DNA of 64,000 nt from an uncultured candidate division Zixibacteria bacterium (GCA_963702205.1 OY969724.1:1984001-2048000), one strand, 5' to 3'; positions 1-9,944 are shown, counted from the stretch's first letter. Notes: generated by a model from the letters alone, not told the origin. Numbers and translations: made by a program.

Positions 1-508
1 GACCGTAACCTCGATATTTGGCGTTGGACACAATGTCGCCGGTGGCGCTGGTGGCGGCGTCGTCAACCTCCAGCCACGGAATACAAAGGCCGATCATAAG
101 ATACGGCTGTGTCGTTGAGCGCGGAACAAAATGATACTTCAGGTCAATATTAGCCATATTCAAGACGGCGTCGCGCGGCACATCATTGACGGTGGCGTCG
201 TGTGTTGTTCGCAGGTAGTTTACTTCGAGCGCCGCCTGGCTGAATTTAATCCCACCACCGAATCCGAAGCCTGCACCGGCGTCGATGTCAGGGATGTATA
301 TCCGGCGTTGCAGCAGGGAATATTGAAGATAGGTCTCATCTTTAAAATCCCCATTAACGGAATTGAACGGCACATAAAAGGCCAGATAAAAGCCCCGGTC
401 GGAAATTCTGGTCCGGCGCTGAAGAGCCGAGGCGGTCGAGGCGGCCGATATTATCATGACGGCGGCCAGAAGGAGTACGGGAATGGTTTTCGGCAGACGG
501 AAAGTCAT
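1..508 (-). CDS. Outer-membrane beta-barrel protein (OmpA/OmpW-like), runs off the window edge
   Basis: Not in the ORF track. Manual translation from ATG at 508 with an AAGGAG RBS: MTFRLPKTIPVLLLAAVMIISAASTASA (signal peptide) ... GAGFGFGGGIKF..ALEVNY..NIDLKYHF..QPYLMIG (amphipathic beta-strands); open to position 1. Confidence 0.7.
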   Translation of the reverse strand, partial: MTFRLPKTIPVLLLAAVMIISAASTASALQRRTRISDRGFYLAFYVPFNSVNGDFKDETYLQYSLLQRRIYIPDIDAGAGFGFGGGIKFSQAALEVNYLRTTHDATVNDVPRDAVLNMANIDLKYHFVPRSTTQPYLMIGLCIPWLEVDDAATSATGDIVSNAKYRGYG

Positions 509-637
509 TGCTCTGCTCCTTATTAAATGTAATATTTTGTCAAGTTACTCTGTATTATTATACCCGCAAAGGTCCCAGCGAGCAATTCCAATATTATAAA
601 TATGGCTAATACCTCGTAAATCTTTATATTAAATGAC

Positions 638-1669
638 ATGAAAATAATAGATTTAAGATCGGATACGGTTACCAAACCGTCGGAGGCGATGCGCCGCGCC
701 ATCGCCTCAGCCGAGGTCGGGGACGACGTTTTCGGCGATGATCCAACCGTCAATAGGCTGGAAAAATACGTGGCGGAGCTGTTCGGGGTGGAGGCGGCGC
801 TCTATGCTCCATCGGGAACCATGACCAACCAGCTGGCGCTCAAAACCCTGTCCCAGCCGGGCTGGGAACTGCTGTGTGACCGGGACTGCCATGTAATTAA
901 CTATGAAGTCGCGGGTCCGGCGATTTTATCGCATTTGCTCGTCCATATGATAGATACCGAACGAGGCGTCATTACCGCCGAAGAAGTTGAAAAGAGAATC
1001 AGGCCGCTGAATATTCATTCACCTCTGACGAAAATTATCGAAGTTGAGAACACGCACAACCGCCACGGCGGGACAATCTTCCCGCTGGAGGAAATGAAGA
1101 AGATTCGTCGGGTGGCCGATAAGCACGGTCTTTTCATGCACCTCGATGGGGCTCGGTTGTGGAACGCCCACGTCGCGACCGGTATCGCCCTGGCCGACTG
1201 GGTAAAGCCGTTCGATTCGGTGTCGGTATGTTTCTCCAAAGGCCTCGGGGCGCCGGTCGGCTCTGCGGTTTTGGGCAGCAAGGAGTTTATTGAACGGGCC
1301 CGTCGGACCCGCAAGCTGTTCGGCGGCGGGATGCGTCAGGCGGGGCTCCTCGCGGCGGCGGCGCTGTATGCGCTCGAACACAATATTCTGCGACTGGCCG
1401 ATGATCATGCCAATGCCAAAGCGCTGGCCGAAGGATTAAGCAAAATAGATGGATTCGAAATTGATATGTCCCGGGTCGAAACTAATATTATTCTGGTCGA
1501 TATCGACAAAACCGGCAAGACTTCAATGGAATGGCAGGCGATTCTCAAAGAGCATGGCATTCTTTGCGCACCGTTCGGCCCGACCAGAATCAGGCTGGTA
1601 ACACACTTGGATGTTTCTAATGCAGATTGTCTTGAAGCGGTGAAACGAATAGAGAGCATCAGCTGGTAG
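638..1669 (+). CDS. ltaE: Low-specificity L-threonine aldolase
   Basis: DLRSDTVT, GDDVFGDDPTV, SGTMTNQ, HLDGARLWNA and CFSKGLGAPVGS (PLP lysine) motifs. Confidence 0.93.
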   Translation: MKIIDLRSDTVTKPSEAMRRAIASAEVGDDVFGDDPTVNRLEKYVAELFGVEAALYAPSGTMTNQLALKTLSQPGWELLCDRDCHVINYEVAGPAILSHLLVHMIDTERGVITAEEVEKRIRPLNIHSPLTKIIEVENTHNRHGGTIFPLEEMKKIRRVADKHGLFMHLDGARLWNAHVATGIALADWVKPFDSVSVCFSKGLGAPVGSAVLGSKEFIERARRTRKLFGGGMRQAGLLAAAALYALEHNILRLADDHANAKALAEGLSKIDGFEIDMSRVETNIILVDIDKTGKTSMEWQAILKEHGILCAPFGPTRIRLVTHLDVSNADCLEAVKRIESISW

Positions 1670-1679
1670 CGAGATTAAT

Positions 1680-2024
1680 ATGAATGGTACGCCTAAAATT
1701 TCGTGGGATGATTTCGAGAAAGTCGATATACGAGTCGGGACAATAGTGGAAGCCGGAATATTGGAAAGTGCCAAAAGGCCGGCTTATAAACTTCGAGTTG
1801 ATTTCGGAGATTTGGGTATAAAGCAGTCGAGCGCCCAGATTACAGTTTTATATTCCCCGCAAGAGCTTGTGGGTAAACAGGTTGTGGCGGTCGTCAATTT
1901 TCCGCCCAAGCGGATAGGCGGATTCATATCAGAAGTTTTGGTAACCGGTTTTAAATCTGATAGCGGGGCGGTGGTCCTGGCGGTCCCGGATCAAATAGTC
2001 CCCAATGGCCACAAATTATTCTAA
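1680..2024 (+). CDS. csaA: CsaA/Trbp111 tRNA-binding OB-fold chaperone
   Basis: FEKVDIRVGTI, KQSSAQIT, VVNFPPKRIGGFISEVLV motifs; 114 aa. Confidence 0.9.
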   Translation: MNGTPKISWDDFEKVDIRVGTIVEAGILESAKRPAYKLRVDFGDLGIKQSSAQITVLYSPQELVGKQVVAVVNFPPKRIGGFISEVLVTGFKSDSGAVVLAVPDQIVPNGHKLF

Positions 2025-2036
2025 CAGGGTTTGCCG

Positions 2037-2801
2037 ATGAAGTTGACCATTCTCGGTTCTGCATCGGGGTACCCGACGTTTAGAAGGACAAGTTCCGGAT
2101 ATGTATTGGATATTGACGGTCGACTAATCCTGCTCGATTGCGGCAGCGGTGTGACACGGGCTTTCCTGCAAGCCGGACTTGCTCCTGAAAGAGTAAGCAC
2201 GATAATTATAACCCATACTGATCCCGATCATATTTCTGATCTGCCGCAATACGTACAAATGCTGAAACTGAGCCGCAAGACGGGGAAGCTCGATGTTTAT
2301 GTCCCCGGAGAAGCCATCTCTCCGATAAACAATTATCTTAACGCCTGCTATCTGTTTCGTGAAAAACTCCCATTTGTTTTGGCACTGAACCCAATCGAAG
2401 ATTCGTGGCGGATTGAAGAAATTGACATGACGGTCAGGAGTATTCCGAACCGACATCTGTCCGGAAATACCGGAATCATTAAGCAATTCGGATATCCCAA
2501 TAAAATGCAGAGCTATTCGTACTTGATAGAATATGAGAACAAGAGATTCTTTTACTCAGGCGATATAAAGTCTTTTGACGAAATCGGCGCTCATCTGCAC
2601 GACCTCGATCTTCTCCTGATCGAAACGAGCCATATTGATTTGGAAAACTGCTGTGAGGCTTTATCTGACAAAAATATAAAGAAAATAATCCTGACTCATA
2701 TAGCCGATGACAAGGAATCAGAGTTGAATAATTTGGCGACCCAAAATAAATACGCGTTGAATTTAACCATCGCACGTGACGGGAGTTCTATCGAAATTTA
2801 A
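2037..2801 (+). CDS. Metallo-beta-lactamase fold hydrolase, RNase Z-like
   Basis: LTILGSASG, LLDCGSG, THTDPDH (variant HxHxDH), YSGD, ETSH, ILTH motifs; ATG 2037 preferred over TTG 2031. Confidence 0.8.
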   Translation: MKLTILGSASGYPTFRRTSSGYVLDIDGRLILLDCGSGVTRAFLQAGLAPERVSTIIITHTDPDHISDLPQYVQMLKLSRKTGKLDVYVPGEAISPINNYLNACYLFREKLPFVLALNPIEDSWRIEEIDMTVRSIPNRHLSGNTGIIKQFGYPNKMQSYSYLIEYENKRFFYSGDIKSFDEIGAHLHDLDLLLIETSHIDLENCCEALSDKNIKKIILTHIADDKESELNNLATQNKYALNLTIARDGSSIEI

Positions 2802-3210
2802 TGGCGTTTTGATATTTGCGACGCCAGGCGTCGCCTACTTTACGGTCTTCGGTTAACATATGATTCACCAACCAGCCTTTTAGGAAATTCATGAATTTGG
2901 TCGAATCAATTTCCTCATCGCTTTTGGACCTCAAACGGTATTCGATAGCGCGATTTTCAATGTCAAGATGATGGCAACGGTGATCTTCAAAACCCTCAAA
3001 GCCGATTTCCCGCATTACCTTTTCTTCATCGCGAAAATGATATTTTGCGTATTCGACAAGTTCTTCCAGAATTCCGCCAAGCTGTTCTTTTTCCTTCTTC
3101 AAAGACAAAGCCGTGTGATAGCGGTTGATAATATCGACCAGTGTTTTATGCTGGATGTCGACGGTCGTGATATTTATACAGAATTCTTCACGCCACTTTA
3201 TTAACGACAT
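2788..3210 (-). CDS. Bacteriohemerythrin
   Basis: W..D.QH..L, HFRDEE, H..HH, WLVNHMLTED di-iron ligand pattern. Confidence 0.92.
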   Translation of the reverse strand: MSLIKWREEFCINITTVDIQHKTLVDIINRYHTALSLKKEKEQLGGILEELVEYAKYHFRDEEKVMREIGFEGFEDHRCHHLDIENRAIEYRLRSKSDEEIDSTKFMNFLKGWLVNHMLTEDRKVGDAWRRKYQNAIKFR

Positions 3211-3360
3211 ATTAGCCCCTGATATATTGTTTCCGAAGTGCTATTCTGGTTATCGACATTATTTCGGTATAATAAAGGCTCGGCGGCAAAATAGGCCAAT
3301 ATTTGTCATATGGACCGCTATTTTTGGACCTAATCCATTCATTTTAGTAAAGTTATATTT

Positions 3361-3420
3361 TTAATTATGGAAATAATCCATAGTTAATGCTTGACAAATA
3401 AGGTCAATGATCCGTAAAAT
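3361..3420 (+). promoter_or_regulatory. Sigma70-type promoter of the sdh operon with adjacent inverted repeats
   Basis: TTGACA 3391-3396, 18-nt spacer, TAAAAT 3415-3420; inverted repeat TTAATTATGGA-N5-TCCATAGTTAA (3361-3387, one mismatch) and TTGAC-N7-GTCAA over the -35. Confidence 0.6.
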
Positions 3421-3480
3421 TTGGGATTATTTTTTAATTATATTTTGCTGAAAACTGGACCTTTTTTAAGGAGTCCCGAT

Positions 3481-3855
3481 ATGGTCGAAAAAGCTCATAA
3501 CCAGAGTATTATAAGCTGGTTTTTGCAAAGGATTTCCGGGCTGTTCCTCGCATTTTTCCTGATAACGCACCTGAACGTCCAACACCTTTTCCATAATATC
3601 GCCACGGAAGGCATCATAGATTTTTCATCGGTGCAGGCGAATTTGACGTCGTCCATATGGTGGCAGGCTTATTATTTTCTGTTCGTGCCGATGATTGCCT
3701 TTCACGCGATGAACGGACTCTGGGCCATAATTGCCGACTACCGTCCGTCGGGCAGCACAGCCCTAATTCTGAAGGCGGTTTTCTGGGTTCTGGGATTTGC
3801 TCTCACCACGGTCGGTGCTTTGACTCTTATCAATCTTTTCGGAGGGGGGCAATAA
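3481..3855 (+). CDS. sdhD: Succinate dehydrogenase membrane anchor subunit (SdhD-like)
   Basis: AAGGAG RBS before ATG 3481; WFLQRISG, ITHL and HAMNGLWAIIADY motifs; three TM helices. Confidence 0.8.
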   Translation: MVEKAHNQSIISWFLQRISGLFLAFFLITHLNVQHLFHNIATEGIIDFSSVQANLTSSIWWQAYYFLFVPMIAFHAMNGLWAIIADYRPSGSTALILKAVFWVLGFALTTVGALTLINLFGGGQ

Positions 3856-4265
3856 TGGCACAAGAGAAAAGACTCGGAGGAACCGTCGCCGATATCGGTC
3901 TGAACAAAAACATCGGCAATTTTTCATACTGGATTCACCGCATCAGCGGCGTGGGGCTGGCCGTTTACCTGTTGATGCACACGTACGTTTTATCGTCGGC
4001 CATCACCAGCCCGAAAGCGTTCAACCAGCGCATGGGCCAGGTGCAGAGCCCGTTTTTTGCGGTTCTTGAAATCTTGCTCATCGCCGGGGTTCTGGTGCAC
4101 ATGCTCAATGGCTTGAGAATTACTTTCTCCGATTTCTTCGGCTGGTCGCGTTCGCACAAGCCTCTGTTCTGGGCGGCGGTCGTGCTGTTCGCGCTGATGA
4201 TGATTTTTGTCATCTACCTGCAGCTTCCCAAGTTCAACCCTCAAAATTACACGATGGGAGGCTGA
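3855..4265 (+). CDS. sdhC: Succinate dehydrogenase cytochrome b556 subunit (SdhC-like)
   Basis: ATG 3855 overlaps the upstream TAA; HRISGV, LMHT and HMLNGLRI motifs. Confidence 0.82.
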   Translation: MAQEKRLGGTVADIGLNKNIGNFSYWIHRISGVGLAVYLLMHTYVLSSAITSPKAFNQRMGQVQSPFFAVLEILLIAGVLVHMLNGLRITFSDFFGWSRSHKPLFWAAVVLFALMMIFVIYLQLPKFNPQNYTMGG

Positions 4266-4267
4266 GC

Positions 4268-5971
4268 ATGAAATTTTATGATATCGTCATAGTCGGTGGC
4301 GGTCTGGCGGGTCTTCGGGCGGCCATCGCGGCGCACGATGCCGGGGCCAATGTGGGGTTAATATCGAAAATCCACCCGGTGCGGTCTCACAGCGGTGCGG
4401 CCCAGGGCGGAATCAACGCGGCGTTGGGGAATCACCCCGACGGCCACGACGATACCCCGGAACGGCACGCTTACGATACCGTCAAAGGTTCCGATTACCT
4501 GGCCGATCAAGATACGGTCGAAGCCATGGCCAATATGGCTCCGGGCATTATAATCGAAATGGAGCACTGGGGCTGCCCGTTCGACCGTTTTGAAAACGGA
4601 AAAATCGCACAGCGCCCGTTCGGAGGCGCCGGATTCCCGCGTACATGTTACGGGGCCGATCGAACCGGGCTGTATTTGCTGCATACGTGTTATGAGCAAG
4701 TCATCAAGCGCGGCATTGACGTCATGTATGAGTTGTTCGTGACGAAACTGGTTGTCGGCGAAAATCGGTGCACGGGTGTGGTCGGCATGAACCTTCATAC
4801 CGGTGAGTTCGAAGCGGTCGGCGGCAAGGCGGTGATTTTCGCCACCGGCGGTTCGGGACGCATATATTCTCACAATACGACCAACGCGCACGCCTCGACC
4901 GGCCTTGGGGTGGCGATACCGTACTGGGCCGGAGTTCCGCTCAAAGACATGGAGTTCATCCAATTTCACCCGACCGGTCTGGACGGGTCCTCGATTCTTA
5001 TGACCGAGGGGTGTCGCGGCGAAGGCGGATACCTTTCGAACAATACCGGTGAGCGGTTCATGAAAAACTACGTTTCCGAGAAGATCATGGAACTGGCTCC
5101 GAGAGATATTGTCGCGCGATCGATTCAAACTGAAATCAATGAAGGCCGGGGCTTCGAGGATCGTTATGTGCATCTCGACCTGCGGCATCTCGGAGCGCAG
5201 AAGATTATGGAGCGTCTGCCGGGAATTCGTGAAATCTGCCTAAAATTCAAGAACATCGATCCGATCAACGAACCGATTCCGATTCAACCGGCCATGCACT
5301 ATACGATGGGCGGCATCGACTGCAACGGCGATGGGGCCACGTCGCTCGACGGATTCTACGCCGCCGGTGAATGTTCCTGTGTTTCGGTGCATGGAGCCAA
5401 CCGCCTTGGCGGCAATTCTCTTTTGGAGACGATCGTCTTCGGGGCGAGGGTCGGAAAGGTCATGGTCGATGATGTCAAAAGTGTTTCCGGCGGAGCCGAA
5501 GAGACCTCGCTGAACAAAGCACTCAAAGAGGAGCAGGATAGGTTCCAGATGCTTCGTTCAGCCGATGGCAAAGAGAACCCGTACGATATAAAAAACGAAC
5601 TCTCGCGCGTCATGTTCGACAAGGTCGGGATTTTCCGCAACGAGACGGATATGGCGAAAGCGGTTTCCGAGATTAAAATGCTCAAAGAGCGTTACAAGAA
5701 AATCAGGGCAATACCCGATACGGGCAAGTTCAATTACGATTTTCTGTGGGTGACGGAAATCGCGGGCAATCTGGATACGGCTCTGACGGTTGCCACGGGC
5801 GGGCACAACCGCACCGAGTCGCGCGGAGCGCACTATCGTATCGATTTCCCCAAGCGCCTCGACGATCAATGGCTGAAACATTCCATATTCAAATATACCA
5901 CCGATGGCCCGGCCATTTCCTATAAGGATGTGACCATGACGAAATTCCAGCCTGAAGAAAGGAAATACTGA
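4268..5971 (+). CDS. sdhA: Succinate dehydrogenase/fumarate reductase flavoprotein
   Basis: [16 protein letters not shown] (covalent FAD His), [37 protein letters not shown]. Confidence 0.96.
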   Translation: MKFYDIVIVGGGLAGLRAAIAAHDAGANVGLISKIHPVRSHSGAAQGGINAALGNHPDGHDDTPERHAYDTVKGSDYLADQDTVEAMANMAPGIIIEMEHWGCPFDRFENGKIAQRPFGGAGFPRTCYGADRTGLYLLHTCYEQVIKRGIDVMYELFVTKLVVGENRCTGVVGMNLHTGEFEAVGGKAVIFATGGSGRIYSHNTTNAHASTGLGVAIPYWAGVPLKDMEFIQFHPTGLDGSSILMTEGCRGEGGYLSNNTGERFMKNYVSEKIMELAPRDIVARSIQTEINEGRGFEDRYVHLDLRHLGAQKIMERLPGIREICLKFKNIDPINEPIPIQPAMHYTMGGIDCNGDGATSLDGFYAAGECSCVSVHGANRLGGNSLLETIVFGARVGKVMVDDVKSVSGGAEETSLNKALKEEQDRFQMLRSADGKENPYDIKNELSRVMFDKVGIFRNETDMAKAVSEIKMLKERYKKIRAIPDTGKFNYDFLWVTEIAGNLDTALTVATGGHNRTESRGAHYRIDFPKRLDDQWLKHSIFKYTTDGPAISYKDVTMTKFQPEERKY

Positions 5972-6690
5972 TGCCAATCTTCAAGGTTCTCAAATACAAT
6001 CCCAAAGACGGCAGCGAACCGTATTTCAAGGAATTCGAAGTCCCGACCCACAAGGGCATGACCGTCCTCGAAGGGCTGTACTATATACTCGAACAGAAAG
6101 ACCCGACCCTGGCTTTCCGGTCTTCGTGCCGTCAGGGCGTCTGCGGTTCATGCGCGATGCACGTCAACGGCATGTATCGCCTGGCCTGCGAAACGCAGAT
6201 CGCGGCGATGGGTGACACGGTGACGGTGCGACCGCTGGCTCATATGAAAGTCATCCGCGACCTTGTGGTCGACATGGCACCGTTTTTCCGCCAGTACGAG
6301 GCGATCAAGCCGTACCTTATACCCGCCGAGGAACCGGGCGAAAAAGAATATTTGCAAACGCCGAAAGAGCGGGCCCGCCTGACTCATCACGTCGACTGCA
6401 TTTTGTGCTCAGCCTGTTACGGCTCTTGCCCGGTGGTGGCGACCGACGAAAGATATCTCGGCCCGCACGCGCTGTTGAAGGCGCTGCGGTTTGTCGAGGA
6501 CAGCCGCGACGGCGCCACCAACGAACGGCTGGCGTATGTGGCGTCCGATACCGGCGTTTTCCGGTGTCATACGATTTTCAACTGCCAGCAGGTTTGCCCG
6601 AAAGACCTCGACCCGACCGGGGCGATCGGCAAGCTCAAGATGAAAGCCTTCTGGGCCAAGCTCAAAGGCAAGCTGCCGAAGACGGGATAG
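5971..6690 (+). CDS. sdhB: Succinate dehydrogenase iron-sulfur subunit
   Basis: CRQGVCGSC..C (2Fe-2S), CILCSACYGSCP and CHTIFNCQQVCP cluster motifs. Confidence 0.96.
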   Translation: MPIFKVLKYNPKDGSEPYFKEFEVPTHKGMTVLEGLYYILEQKDPTLAFRSSCRQGVCGSCAMHVNGMYRLACETQIAAMGDTVTVRPLAHMKVIRDLVVDMAPFFRQYEAIKPYLIPAEEPGEKEYLQTPKERARLTHHVDCILCSACYGSCPVVATDERYLGPHALLKALRFVEDSRDGATNERLAYVASDTGVFRCHTIFNCQQVCPKDLDPTGAIGKLKMKAFWAKLKGKLPKTG

Positions 6691-6705
6691 GTCCAGTATT
6701 TTTAA

Positions 6706-6730
6706 AAAGGGAGCCGAGCAGGCTCCCTTT
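6706..6730 (+). terminator. Intrinsic terminator after sdhB
   Basis: AAAGGGAGCC-GAGCA-GGCTCCCTTT perfect 10-bp stem. Confidence 0.75.
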
Positions 6731-6758
6731 ATCAGTTTGGCGTCCAATCCGATAATTA

Positions 6759-6786
6759 TTGACAAAACCGGTGCATCCCGTAGATT
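6759..6786 (+). promoter_or_regulatory. Putative sigma70 promoter of sucCD
   Basis: TTGACA-16 nt-TAGATT about 50 nt before the sucC ATG. Confidence 0.5.
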
Positions 6787-6835
6787 GAGCCCGTTGTAGA
6801 AATCAGTCGCTTTAATATATGAGGATTCAACAGGC

Positions 6836-8026
6836 ATGAGACTTTATGAATTCGAAGGTAAACGGCTTTTCAAGAAGTTTAAGATACCGATCCCCGAAGG
6901 TCGTCTGGCCGCGACACCCGACGAGGCCGCCGCATTCGCTAACGAGCTTGCTGGTCCGGTGGTGCTTAAGTCGCAGGTTCTTACCGGCGGCCGGGGCAAG
7001 GCCGGGGGCATAAAGGTTGTCGATAGACCGGGCGATGTTAAAAAGACCGCCGAGCAGCTTTTTGGTCTGACCATCAAGAGCTTCCCGGTCGAGAAGATTT
7101 TGGTCGAGCCGAAACTGAACATTCAGAGAGAGTTGTATGTCGGCGTGACGATAGACCGGGTCAATTACAAGTTGGTTGTCATCGCTTCCGGTGAGGGCGG
7201 GGTGGATATTGAAGAAACGGCTGAAAAACATCCGGACAAGATCGTCCGCCATTCGCTTGATATAGATCAGGAGCTGTACGCTTTCGATGCTATACAAATC
7301 GCCAAGAAGATCGGGATCGCGTCGGAGATGGCCAAAAACGCCGCACCGATAATTATCGGGCTGTTCAGGCTGTTTAAAGCGTACGATGCCAAGCTGGCCG
7401 AAATAAATCCACTGGTGATCACCGACAATGGTGCACTAATCGCCGCCGACAGTCGTATCTCGCTCGACGACGACGCCGCGTTCCGGCATCCCGACCTGGC
7501 CGAATTGGGGATCGAGAAACGTCACGAAGAGGGTGAGATGACCGAGCGCGAACAGCAGGCGACCGAGTGGGGGATACCGTATCTTGACCTCGACGGTGAC
7601 ATCGGCATGTTTCCCGGCGGAGCGGGATTCGGGATTATGGGCAACGATTTCATTCACTACTATGGCGGTCGTCCGGCCAATTTCATGGATTCCGGCGGCG
7701 GGCCGACTCCGGAGCGTCTGGCCAGGATGCTGGTGCTGCTCGACGAGAACCCCAACGTCAAGGCGATTTTTGGGGCGCGGTTCGGAGGAATTTCGAGATG
7801 CGACGATTTCGCCAAAGGCGTCATCATGTTTCTCAATATTCACGGTCTTTCCAAGCCGATGGTTTGCCGCATGACCGGCAATATGTGGCAAGAAGGCGTG
7901 CGGTTGTTCGACGAAGCCAAGAAAGAAAGTCCCGGGCTTTTTACGAATTTTGAATTTCACGGCATCGAAACCCCGATCGAAGAAATATCTCAACGGGCGG
8001 TGGAACTGGCGAAAGGGGGCAAGTGA
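6836..8026 (+). CDS. sucC: Succinyl-CoA synthetase-like ATP-grasp beta subunit (divergent)
   Basis: MRLYEFEGK, KSQVLTGGRGKAGG, GGVDIEE, EINPL, PANFMDSGGG, FGGI.RCD. Confidence 0.85.
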   Translation: MRLYEFEGKRLFKKFKIPIPEGRLAATPDEAAAFANELAGPVVLKSQVLTGGRGKAGGIKVVDRPGDVKKTAEQLFGLTIKSFPVEKILVEPKLNIQRELYVGVTIDRVNYKLVVIASGEGGVDIEETAEKHPDKIVRHSLDIDQELYAFDAIQIAKKIGIASEMAKNAAPIIIGLFRLFKAYDAKLAEINPLVITDNGALIAADSRISLDDDAAFRHPDLAELGIEKRHEEGEMTEREQQATEWGIPYLDLDGDIGMFPGGAGFGIMGNDFIHYYGGRPANFMDSGGGPTPERLARMLVLLDENPNVKAIFGARFGGISRCDDFAKGVIMFLNIHGLSKPMVCRMTGNMWQEGVRLFDEAKKESPGLFTNFEFHGIETPIEEISQRAVELAKGGK

Positions 8027-8892
8027 TGGCTATCCTGGTCGACAAAAATTCCAAAATCATGGTACAGGGCATAACCGGAGGGGCCGGGCAATTCCACGCC
8101 AAACGTATGATCGAGTACGGCACCAATATCGTAGGTGGCACCTCGCCGGGTAAAGGCGGACAGGAAGTCGAGGGCCGTCCGGTGTTCGATACGGTGGCCG
8201 AATGTGCAGAGCAGACCAAGGCCGATACCTCGGTTATATTTCTCCCGGCGCGATTTGTCAAAGAAGCAGCGATAGAAGCGATCCGCGCGGGGCTCAAGTT
8301 CGTGGTGGTGATACCGGAGCACATCCCGATTCACGATATGCTTCTTGTACGAAAAGAAGCAATGGCGCGCGGTTGTACGGTGCTGGGCGGCAACACGGCC
8401 GGGATCATCACGCCCGGTGAGGCCAATCTCGGGATCATGCCGGACATCGCGTTCACGCCGGGGCGAGTCGGGACGGTCAGCCGCTCGGGCTCGATAACGT
8501 ACTATATCGCCGACACCCTGACGCGATCGGGGTACGGTGAGACGACCTGTGTCGGGCTGGGGGGCGATCCGATTCTGGGCTCGACGTTCGATGAAATCCT
8601 GGCGCTGTTCGAGGCCGACCCCAAGACCAAAGCGGTCGTGATGACCGGTGAGATCGGCGGGGTGTACGAAGAGCGGGCGTGCGAGCAGATCAGCAGTATG
8701 AAGACACCGGTGATCGCTATGATCGGCGGAATCTTTGCACCTCCCGGTAAACGTATGGGCCACGCCGGGGCGATTGTTGAGGGCAGGATGGGGACGGCCA
8801 AAGAAAAGCTCGATGCTCTGGCGGCGGCAGGGGCACATCCAGCGAAGACGTTCAAAGATATTCCGGAGATATTGAAGAAGCTGGGTGTCTGA
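8026..8892 (+). CDS. sucD: Succinyl-CoA synthetase-like alpha subunit
   Basis: VQGITG, GTSPGKGG, SRSG, GLGGD, GEIGG, MGHAGA (phospho-His); ATGA overlap with sucC. Confidence 0.9.
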   Translation: MAILVDKNSKIMVQGITGGAGQFHAKRMIEYGTNIVGGTSPGKGGQEVEGRPVFDTVAECAEQTKADTSVIFLPARFVKEAAIEAIRAGLKFVVVIPEHIPIHDMLLVRKEAMARGCTVLGGNTAGIITPGEANLGIMPDIAFTPGRVGTVSRSGSITYYIADTLTRSGYGETTCVGLGGDPILGSTFDEILALFEADPKTKAVVMTGEIGGVYEERACEQISSMKTPVIAMIGGIFAPPGKRMGHAGAIVEGRMGTAKEKLDALAAAGAHPAKTFKDIPEILKKLGV

Positions 8893-8923
8893 GTACATAA
8901 CAGCAGATTAATTGTATGTTTTA

Positions 8924-8957
8924 GTGCCCCACTGCTTCAGCGGTGGGGTTCTTTTTT
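8924..8957 (+). repeat. REP-like hairpin (family A) that also resembles the sucD terminator
   Basis: GTGCCCCACTGCTTCAGCGGTGGGGT followed by a T-run; an inverted related copy lies at 9968-9993. Confidence 0.65.
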
Positions 8958-9030
8958 ACTAGTATTGATCGTGGATAGCGCCGCTCTATTAAGCCGTGTA
9001 AGTTGGGTTATTACAATCGGTTACGGTTAA

Positions 9031-9216
9031 ATGGGTTCGAATTTCAATTTTTTTATTTTTTTTCTGTCTCTTGTTGCTTGCATAATAATAGCCTCTATTA
9101 AAGGAGTATCAGCGGAATCAACATTGGGTTGGTGGGGAAAGTGGTTGACTGATCATAAAATGTTAAATTATATTTATGGAGTCATATTTATAATCCGCGA
9201 GTTAGGAGGTTTGTAA
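9031..9216 (+). CDS. Small hydrophobic hypothetical protein
   Basis: 61 aa with two hydrophobic stretches; TAATG overlap with the next gene; AT-rich; may be spurious. Confidence 0.4.
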   Translation: MGSNFNFFIFFLSLVACIIIASIKGVSAESTLGWWGKWLTDHKMLNYIYGVIFIIRELGGL

Positions 9217-9944
9217 TGTATTGGTATGAGGAAATACTGCATTGGCTATTTATATTTATCTGGCCCATAATTGTGATTTTGGCAATATTTATACTTAAAG
9301 ATCCAATAAATAATCTGCTAAAGACATTTGCGGGAATTATCCCTAAATCTGACATCGAAATAGGCAAGTATTTAAAACTAAGTCCACGCAAAGGCATAAA
9401 TGATGCAAAAGAACTGAAAATTGAATATGATGCAATTGAGGGAGCGAAGGAAAAAAAGAGTGACCAACGGGCCGCAGAACTAAAATGGTTTGGTGAATTA
9501 TTAAATGAAGCGCAAACTTTCATGGATACTCAAAATAATGAGGAAGCGATAAAAACACTAAAATACGCTAACAGAATTGTTCCAAACCATATTCTTGTAT
9601 TACACAATCTCGGTGTTGTGTTAATTAGAAACGGTAAGATTAGAAAAGAATGTTATATCGAAGCTGAGAACGTATGCAAAAATGCGTTGTACTCTTCAGA
9701 TGAATTCCCCTTTGGAACATTATACAATCTTGCGCGTGCACAATCAATAGGCGGGAATTTCGTAGGTCTGCGTCAGACCTTGTTGCAGATGTCAAAAGTG
9801 GGTTTGCCGGCAAATTTGGCAAATGCTTTATTAAATGATCCGCCTGATCCGGATATTGCATCATCTGATGAAGTAATAGCCATGCCGGAGTTTGCTGCTC
9901 TTATTGAAAAATTAAAGTCTGATAGGGCAATCAAATCGACTTAG
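9216..9944 (+). CDS. Membrane-anchored TPR-containing hypothetical protein
   Basis: AGGAGG RBS; N-terminal TM (WPIIVILAIFIL); TPR-like helices (EEAIKTLKYA..P...LHNLG; LYNLA); AT-rich. Confidence 0.7.
   Translation: MYWYEEILHWLFIFIWPIIVILAIFILKDPINNLLKTFAGIIPKSDIEIGKYLKLSPRKGINDAKELKIEYDAIEGAKEKKSDQRAAELKWFGELLNEAQTFMDTQNNEEAIKTLKYANRIVPNHILVLHNLGVVLIRNGKIRKECYIEAENVCKNALYSSDEFPFGTLYNLARAQSIGGNFVGLRQTLLQMSKVGLPANLANALLNDPPDPDIASSDEVIAMPEFAALIEKLKSDRAIKST

Noticed and set aside
131..526. 131-aa + strand ORF
   Set aside because: Shadow of the minus-strand barrel gene (1-508), which has an RBS and signal peptide.
3421..3854. Longer ORF-track starts for the sdh anchors (3421, 3657)
   Set aside because: RBS and stop/start overlap support 3481 and 3855.
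4358..8898. Long antisense ORFs (4358-5188, 7990-8898; likewise 14530-15657, 56967-58103, 60135-60989)
   Set aside because: They mirror well-supported genes and carry no motifs, as expected from codon bias.
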